Assembly: GCF_009914755.1 (NCBI RefSeq)
Contig: NC_060926.1
Length of the DNA: 64,000 nucleotides
Reading direction: 5' to 3' (one strand)
Source: the human T2T-CHM13v2.0 reference genome, Homo sapiens
Position 1 is the first letter of the stretch, and every line of letters starts with the position of its first letter. Shown here one piece after another: positions 55,688-64,000 of the stretch. The notes under the pieces were generated by a model. That model was not told the DNA's origin and searched no databases. It saw only the letters and a list, made by a program, of their open reading frames with translations. The position numbers were made by a program, and so were the translations under genes.

Positions 55688-57949
55688 CCAAGAGCAAGTT
55701 GCCAAAATATTACACAAGGATTTCTAGTTTTATTTTCTGTTTCACTGTGATTGGGTAAAAGTAAAGATATATAAATATAAGACATAAATGCATTTTATTC
55801 TTTGGAATCTAACATCTTCAATTAAAAATGAAAAATTTCTAACAGGAAGGATCAAGAGATTGGGAAGTAGCCTAATAAGTCTTTAAAATAGTGTTTCTAG
55901 GAATCTGATATACCAAAAGCAAGGAGCAATAGGAAATACAGATAAAGGCAGGAAAAGGTAGATTTTGTTACAACACTATTGTGGTTTCTGAAGGAGTTTG
56001 GCCTCATTGGGTGATGCACATCAGTGTTAATTTCTAATACTCAGAAAATTAGTAACCTTTGTACCCAAGAAGTGAACATTCAGAGTTCAAAGAACCACCC
56101 ACCACCCCAAATCATTCAATAATTTTCACTGGTGTTCTACTACAAGAATTATAATTCACTTGTAATTATGGCCACCAAAAGAATGTTTTTTTTCCATTTT
56201 ATAATTCAACAAACACTTGTTGGATCACTAGTTGATGTCATGAATGTATTAGGTGCAGTGGTGGTGATAGTGGATGGGTGTATTTGAAAATAAATAGTGT
56301 ATTCTAGGGAGAATATATAGTCTTTTGAGAGAGAAGGTAGGCTTAAAAATATAGAGTGCTTTCAAATACACTAAAGGTGTGCAAAAAATATTACTACTAC
56401 ATGGTAGAGGAAAACACAACAAAACTTTAAGAAACCTCTTGAGGAACGTCTGGTTTGGCTTCAGTTTATTTAGAAGAATGAAGAGCTCCTAGACAAAATG
56501 CTAGCATACATAACACAGAAACAAAATAAACTATAAATACCTTATAAATAAATTATAAACTACCTTGAGGAGACAGATGAAAACAAATTAGAGTTAAAAT
56601 CTTGGCAAGTGAAGGTAGATATTATGCCACAGAGAAAAATTTGAAGAAACTGTGCTTGTGGAGTTTGATAAGGTTCTTCTCACAAAATATAAACTGTGGT
56701 CTTTTAATGAAACAGAAGGTTTTCACATTCTATGGAATAATAGTGATTTTTGATGTCAGCTCTGGAGAAAAAATCCTGGTGATATTTGGAGACCACCTGT
56801 TCTGGATAGTTTCCATGGTAAGTCATGAGGTGTACCAAGATTCTTACAACCCATCAACTTCTTCATGCTTTTGTGAATATACTGAGAAGAAATGATACCA
56901 CTGAGAAAATGATTTAGAATGTATTTCTTATAAATTTTAATTCTAAGGTAGAAACTGAAAAGGTTGGATTTACAGGTGGAATTTAAAAAACAACAACAAA
57001 ACTCTTTCTGCATTTGTGAATTCTGGCATAGAAAGAAGAATAGGGAAGTGAAACACTGACCTTACAAATAATGTTGAAGAACATAATTTTTTAAAATGCC
57101 ATTGCTCAGGATGAAAAACACATGGGTTTGACAAGAGGAGGAAACATCTTGTTACAGCATGCAAGTCTGTCAAAATAACCTTAGATTGGTGAAGAGTGTT
57201 TAAGAATTGAGAGGGTTTGGGCATAGGGAAAGCAAAAAGAGGAAGATACCAAGAATTTCTCAGGAGGAAAAATAATTAGAAACTATTATTGTACCCTCAG
57301 ATACCTATGTTCCAATTCCCAAATATAGGGAATGTAGAATTGAAGATACATATATTTGTAGAATGTGGGAGTAAAATCATTTAATAAAGGAAGAAAATAT
57401 TTCAAAAGGATGCTACCACCTGGCTATCTACAGGATGGCCACTGCCAGCAGCTCCTGTTGCTGCCTACTACTTTGGATCCCAAAGTTTTTGGATGTTAAA
57501 ATGGGCCAAGCATGAGTTCACCTCTTCATACCCTTTTTAGAGGGTCTAATTTTGATTTCTACCCACATCCTCTGGAACCGTGATGAAGTTAGTTTCATTT
57601 CTCAGCCCTAGGTCTGTCATCCCTTTCTTAGGCAGCTTCGGTCTGGGCAAGCTTGATGCTGAGTTGGTCTTATGTTTATGGTTCAGTATTGGGTACATAC
57701 GTGTCCTAATACAAACTTAAGGGGGGTTTCCTAACTACTAAGATCATATCCATGATTTTGTGTTGTGTTAAAAACATGAATGTATTTAGTTTACAGTGGA
57801 GACCGCCAGATATCTGTCTTTAGGGACAGTTAGTAGCAAACTGCCTGTGGCTAATTGTAGAGAATAGTCTATAGAAGATGTATCTTGGCTTTCCCCAACT
57901 GCTGAGGACAGAAGTCCTTTGAACTGTGAAGAAAAGAAAGTAGAATGTG

Positions 57950-57999
57950 GTGGTGGAGGAGGGAGAGGAGAGGAGAAGGAGGAGGAAGAAGAGGAAGAG
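57950..57999. repeat. GA-rich polypurine tract
   Basis: ggaggagggagaggagaggagaaggaggaggaagaagaggaagag. Confidence 0.8.
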
Positions 58000-58042
58000 T
58001 TGTCTCACTTTCTTTACCCCGTTCCACCTCCAACTCCCCACA

Positions 58043-60445
58043 TGTATTAGTATGTTCTCACACTACTAATAAAGACATAACCAAGACTGGGTAATTTATA
58101 ACAGAAAGATGTTTAATTGATTCACAGCTCCACGTGACTGGGGAGGCCTCACAATCATGGTGGAATGCAAAGGAGGAGCAAATTCATGTCTCACATGGCA
58201 GCAGGCAAGAGAGAGTATGTAGGGAACTCTCCTTTATAAAGCCATCAGATCTCATGAGACTTATTCACTATCATGAGAACAGCATGGGAAAGACCCACCT
58301 CTATGATCCAATTACCTCCCACTGGGTCTCTCCCATGACATATAGGAATTATGGGAGCTACAATTCAAGATGAGATTTGGGTGGGGACAAAGCCAAACCA
58401 TATGATTTTGCCTCTGGCCCCTCCCAAATCTCACATCCTCACATTTCAAAACACAACTGTGTCTTCTCGACAGTCCCCTAAAGTCTTAACACATTTCAGC
58501 ATTAACTCAAAAGTCCACAGTCCAAAGTCTCATCTGAGACAAGGCTAGTCCCTTCTGCCTATGAGCCTGTAGAATCAAAAGCAAGTTAGTTACTTCCCTG
58601 ATACAATGGGTGTACACACTTTGGGTGAATATACTCATTCCAAATTGGAGAAATTGGCCAAAACAAAGGAGCTACAGGCCCCATGCAAGTCTGAAATCCA
58701 ACAGGGCAGTCATTACAACTTAAAGTTCCAAAATGATATTCTTTGACTCCATGTCTCATATCCAGGTCACACTGATGCAAGAGGTAGGCACCCAAGGACT
58801 TATTCAGCTCTGTCCCTGTGGCTGTACAGGGTACAACTCCCCCTCTAGCTCCGCTTCTTTCACAGGCTGGCAAGGAGTGACTATGGCTTTTCCAGGCACA
58901 CAGTGCAAGCTGTCAGTGGATCTGCCATTCTGAGGTCTGGAGGATGGTAGCCCTCTTCTCACAGCTTCACTAGGCAGTGCCCCAGTGAGGACTCTGTGTG
59001 GGGGCTCTAACCCCAAATTTCCCTTCTCCACTACCCTAGCAGAGGTTCTCCATGAGGGCTCTGTCCCTGTATCACACCTCTGCCTGGACATCCGGACATT
59101 TCCATGCATCCTCTGAAATCTAGGCAGAGGTTCCCAAACCTCAATTCTTGACTTCTGTGCACCTGCAGGCTCAACACCACTTGGAAGCTGCCAAGGCTTC
59201 AGTCTTGCACCTTCTAAAGCCATGGGCCCAGCGGTACCTTGGCCCCTTTTAGCCACAGCTGGAATGACTGGGACAAGGGCACCATGTCCCTAGGCTGCAC
59301 ACAGCAGGGGGGCCCTGGGCCCTGCCCATGAAACCATTTTTCTTCCTAGGCCTGTGGGCCTGTGATAGGAGGAGGTACTGTGAAGACCTCTGACATGTCC
59401 TGGAGACATTTTCCTCATTGTCTTGGCAATTAACATTTGGGTTCTCCTTACTTATGCAAATTTCTGTAGCTGGCTTGAATTTCTCCTCAGAAAATGGGTT
59501 TTTCTTTTCTATTGCATTGTCAGCCTACAAATTTTTCAAACTTTTATGCTCTGCTTTGTTTTTAAATGTAAGTTCCAATTCCAAACCATATATTTGAATA
59601 TATAACACTGAATGCTTTCAACAGCACCCAAATCACATCTTGAATCCTTTGCTGCTTAGAAATTTCTTTTGCCAGATGCCCTAAATTATCTCTCTCAAGT
59701 TCAGAGTTCTACAGATCTCTAGTGCAGGGGCAAAATGCTGCCAGTCTCTTTGCATATCTAGAGTTATCTTTACTCCAGTTCCCAACAAGTTCCTCATCTC
59801 CATCTGAGACCACCTCAGTCTGGACATAATTGTCCACATCACTATCAGCATTTTGGTCAAAGCCATTCAACAAGGGTCTAGGAAATTCCAAACTTTCCCA
59901 CATCTTCCTATTTTCTGAGCCCTTCAAGTCTCTAGGAAGACACAAACTTTCCCACATTTTCCTATCTTTTTCTGAGCCCTCCAAACTGTTCCAACCTCTG
60001 TCTGTTACCTAGTTCCAAAGTCACTTCCACATTTTTAGGTATCTTAATAGCAGTACCTCACTCTACCAGTAACAATTTACTGTATTAGTCTGTTCTTACA
60101 CTGCTAAAAAAGACATACCTGAGACTGGGCAATTTATAAAGAAAAAGAGTTTTAATGGACTCAGAGCTTCATATGGCTAGGGAGGCCTCACAATTATGGT
60201 GGGAGGCAAAGGAAGAACAAAGTCACATCTTACATGGAGGCAGGCAAGAGAGCATGTGCAGGGAAACTGCCCTTTATAAAACCATCAGATCTCATGAGAC
60301 TTATTCATTATCATGAGAGCAGCATGGGAAAGACCGACCCCCATGATTCAATTACCTCTCAGCAGGTCACCCCCGCGACACTTGGGAATTATGGGAGCTA
60401 CAATTCAAGATGAGATTTGAGTGGGGACACAGCCAAACCACATCA
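58043..60445 (-). mobile_element. Complete THE1 MaLR retrotransposon (LTR-internal-LTR)
   Basis: Two ~364-bp LTRs (58043-58405 and 60081-60445), ~1.68 kb internal region with ORF remnants, perfect 5-bp TSD CCACA at 58038-58042 and 60446-60450. Confidence 0.96.
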
Positions 60446-60897
60446 CCACACTAGAGTTGACCACACGACTAATGTCTGGATCCATTCACTTACCATCAAA
60501 GCCAAATTCTCCTTTGGTTCTACTAGTTCATCTCATTTCTACCCCTTCAATTATAGTTTATCTAAGGACCTGTTAGTTTATTGAAATCAGATGTGTGTTT
60601 TGAATAATAGTGGTAAATCTGGAGAGGTTTGTTGAATATTTGTGGACTGATAAAGTTAGTTGTAACTTACATATATTAACTCAGATACAAGAGACCATAT
60701 GATGTATCTATCATTGCTGAAGTGTAAATACATTTAGAGATAAACAAGAAACAAATAGTGAACTAAGAAGTATTTTATTCACATTTTAAATAATTTTAAA
60801 AGCCAGAGTTTGCTCCACTAAAATGTGAGAAGGGAATATAATAAAATGAAAAGCACTTTAGCCTTCTCAGTTTTCTCCAATTAAAAGTATTTTGCAA

Positions 60898-61367
<470 letters not shown>

Positions 61368-61750
61368 TTATTCTATGTAATATTTTTGGTTTTAGTGTTT
61401 AATCTTTACTTTCTCTTGCTGAGTATTACATAGAGAGATAGAGAAATCTGTTGACTATTATGGAAATGTGAAATGACTTTCTTTTCTAGCTGAGAATTCT
61501 AATCATTTTCTAAAAATCAAAGGTCTTATCATCAAGTATTAATTTTTATAGAGGGCAGCTAAAAAGGCTTTAAACCTAAGATTTCTATGTAAAAGATTAT
61601 TAAATCAAATTTATCCATGAGTGTATATATCATTTAGAAAAGGCAAGTGAAACCTGTTTCTCTAATCCTAAGCAACCATATTATCAGAGGAGGGGTAAAA
61701 TCATGCAATGATGTCACAGGCTCTGCATAGAGATCAAATACAATTTAGAA

Positions 61751-61915
61751 TAGTTGTTCTCAAACTTTAGTGGGCATACGAAATCAGCTGGAGATCTTAT
61801 TAAAATGTAGATTCTTCTCCAGGAGAGCTGGCTAAGGCCTTTGAGCCTGCATTTCTAACAAGCATTCTCCCAGGGAATCCCTATGCTCCTGGCCCTTGGA
61901 TGACACTATGTAATG
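61751..61915 (-). mobile_element. MER5A DNA transposon
   Basis: 'gttctcaaactttagtgggcat...aatcagctggag...cttattaaaa...tgcatttctaacaagc'. Confidence 0.75.
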
Positions 61916-63695
61916 CGAGTGATGATTTGGAATAAGTTTCATAATTCCACTTCATTTTACTTTACCCCCTTCTCTCCCAGCAGTCAGCCTGAGGTCAGAG
62001 TAAATTGTCATACTGAAAGGATAAGCTGAGGAAGAGTTTCTATAAAACTTTGCTGTGGATAAGTCAACTAAAAAGAAGTTACATGCCTTTTCACTTAGCT
62101 GGCCAAAGTTGCTCATGGGCTACAAGAGAAACAAAAGATCATTGGTAACATACGTATTGCATGAAAACTTTTTTAACAATATGGTTTGTTGATAGTTAAA
62201 GGCAGGAAAGTGGGAATTTTCTACCAAACTACTAAATGTTTATTATCATTAATATGTCTCTTAGTAATGTAAAGTAAAAAGGAATTATTGCTTTGAAAGA
62301 AAAAATAAAGTACATAGGTAGTAAATAAATGATTCAACACCACCATAATGATATCTTTCTGGCTTTTCAAATTAAATGTACACATTTCTCCTGGTAATTA
62401 GGTAATTTCTCATTTCCTACAAATGTGTGAGCTCCTTGATGGCAAGGATCGTGCCTCATCCCACCTCTGTGTAGTCTACAGGATGCAGTGCAGTTCCAGC
62501 TGCATAAAGTTTTGCTAGCATTTAGGACATATTGATCACGTGCAACCTTCTCTTTTCTTGACTCTTCATTTCACTGCTTTATATTGCAAACAAGGTGCCT
62601 AAGTATAAGGCCAGTCTCTCCTTGAAAGATGCAGTTCAGGGTGCCCATGTGGTTCTGGTATTCGCTTCCTGAAACTTATTTGTTTTGAGGTGACTCTTCT
62701 CCTGTTTACTTTTGTGCAGAACTGTGTCTAGAGTTTGAAAGGGAGGCTGACAAGAAATCTCATAAAATTTTCTAGGAAACAAATTATCTGACTTTTAGGA
62801 CTCTAAACATTTATTAAATTATTATTGAAGTTTGGGGGGTAAGTTTATTATACTACTCTTTTTAGGTGCACTTGAAAATTTACATAATCAAAATCTAGAA
62901 GAAATTGGGACTTGAAACAAGGAAAAATACTATTTATAAGTTTGAGCATATATAAGAATAGAAAAACAAACACAAAGACATGGCGTATGTGTTTACTAAG
63001 AAATAAAACATATGTGTGCAATTTGATAAAACTTGAGTTCAAAATCTTACAGAAGGATTTTTTTTTTATTAATATAAGGTTTTAGTCTCTACTTACAGGG
63101 ACTAAAAAGGCTGAAGTTTTTAGAAGCTTATCACTGTCATGATCTCTTCAAGTAGATTAAAAATGGTCAAGTGTGAGGGGGTATTTTAAAAGGCTACAAT
63201 GATAATGAAATTTCCCTGCTAATTACCAGCATATGAGACCACAACTTCAGGCTTAGTTGTTACATGGGTGCATTCATTGTTTTGGCAGTGCTCACACACT
63301 GAACTTGGCCTGTCATCTCAAGTGTGCATCACAAAGAAAAACTACATTAAGAGTTTGATTAGTGCAAACCTAATACTACTGTTAGTGAAGCAACTCAAAG
63401 TAAATTGAGTTACTGATTTATGCATTTGTTTAAGCAATAAACATTAACTAAGGAAATATCTTGTGCAAGACACTGTTTTCTAAAGACTATAGGAGAAACA
63501 AGATATATTGTTCTTTTCCTCAATATTTTGTAATTTAGTTGAGAGGATTGACTTGGGTTCTTAACTGTAATATAAACAGACTGCAGTAAGTTCTACCAGA
63601 AAGGCACAAATGAAGGTCTAGAGAGGTTAGGAGGTAGAACGAAGTATTTTTGCTTTGAAAGGATGCCCCATTGATAATGGGTCAATAAAGTATCT

Positions 63696-63860
63696 TGCTG
63701 GGCATGGTGGCTCACATCTGTAATCCCAGCACTTTGGGAGGCCAAGGTGGGTAGATTGCTAGGGCCCAGGAGGTCGAGGCTCCGGTAAGCTGTGATTGCG
63801 CCACTGCACTCCGGCCTGGGCAACACAGTGAAACCCTGTCTCAAAAAAACAGAAAAAAAA
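63696..63860 (+). mobile_element. Monomeric Alu (FRAM-like or left/right-arm recombinant)
   Basis: ~150-bp single arm plus A tail; TSD aaagtatctt/aaaggatctt. Confidence 0.85.
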
Positions 63861-64000
63861 GGATCTTCATGTCTAACAGACTTCTAGATATATCAGTGTT
63901 AAAAATGTTATTTTCTGACCTGAAAATATCTTACCCCGTAGGCTTTAATTGCTTTTATAGACATTAGTAAATATATAAGGTCAAAGTATGATATACCATT

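Noticed and set aside
56760-56817. Possible plus-strand exon ending ATG|gtaagt
   Set aside because: Strong donor but a poor pyrimidine tract at the acceptor; not supportable.
58586-60012. Several 60-150 aa ORFs
   Set aside because: They are fragments within the THE1 internal region.

Overview
This is primate (human-like) nuclear DNA: AT-rich, CpG-depleted and dense in mammalian interspersed repeats. I find no supportable protein-coding gene, rRNA, tRNA or CRISPR array; the listed ORFs are Alu-, L1- or LTR-derived or look like chance open frames. Recognisable content: 12 Alus (J, S, Y), L1 fragments, many MIR/L2 relics, DNA transposons (MER5A x2, MER30, MER2), four solo LTRs (LTR27-like, LTR12, MER21-like, MST), a complete two-LTR THE1 element, microsatellites and a ~610 bp AT-rich array. 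Most LTRs and the long L1 pieces lie on the minus strand, which fits an intron of a plus-strand gene (inference). I see no convincing new biological system. The most interesting observations are local: a flanking segment copied into an L1, two L1 3' ends inside one target-site duplication (TSD), two hairpins, a close inverted Alu pair, the LTR12 promoter and several candidate non-coding exons. Family names come from remembered consensus sequences, not a database search. Boundaries of old repeats are approximate.
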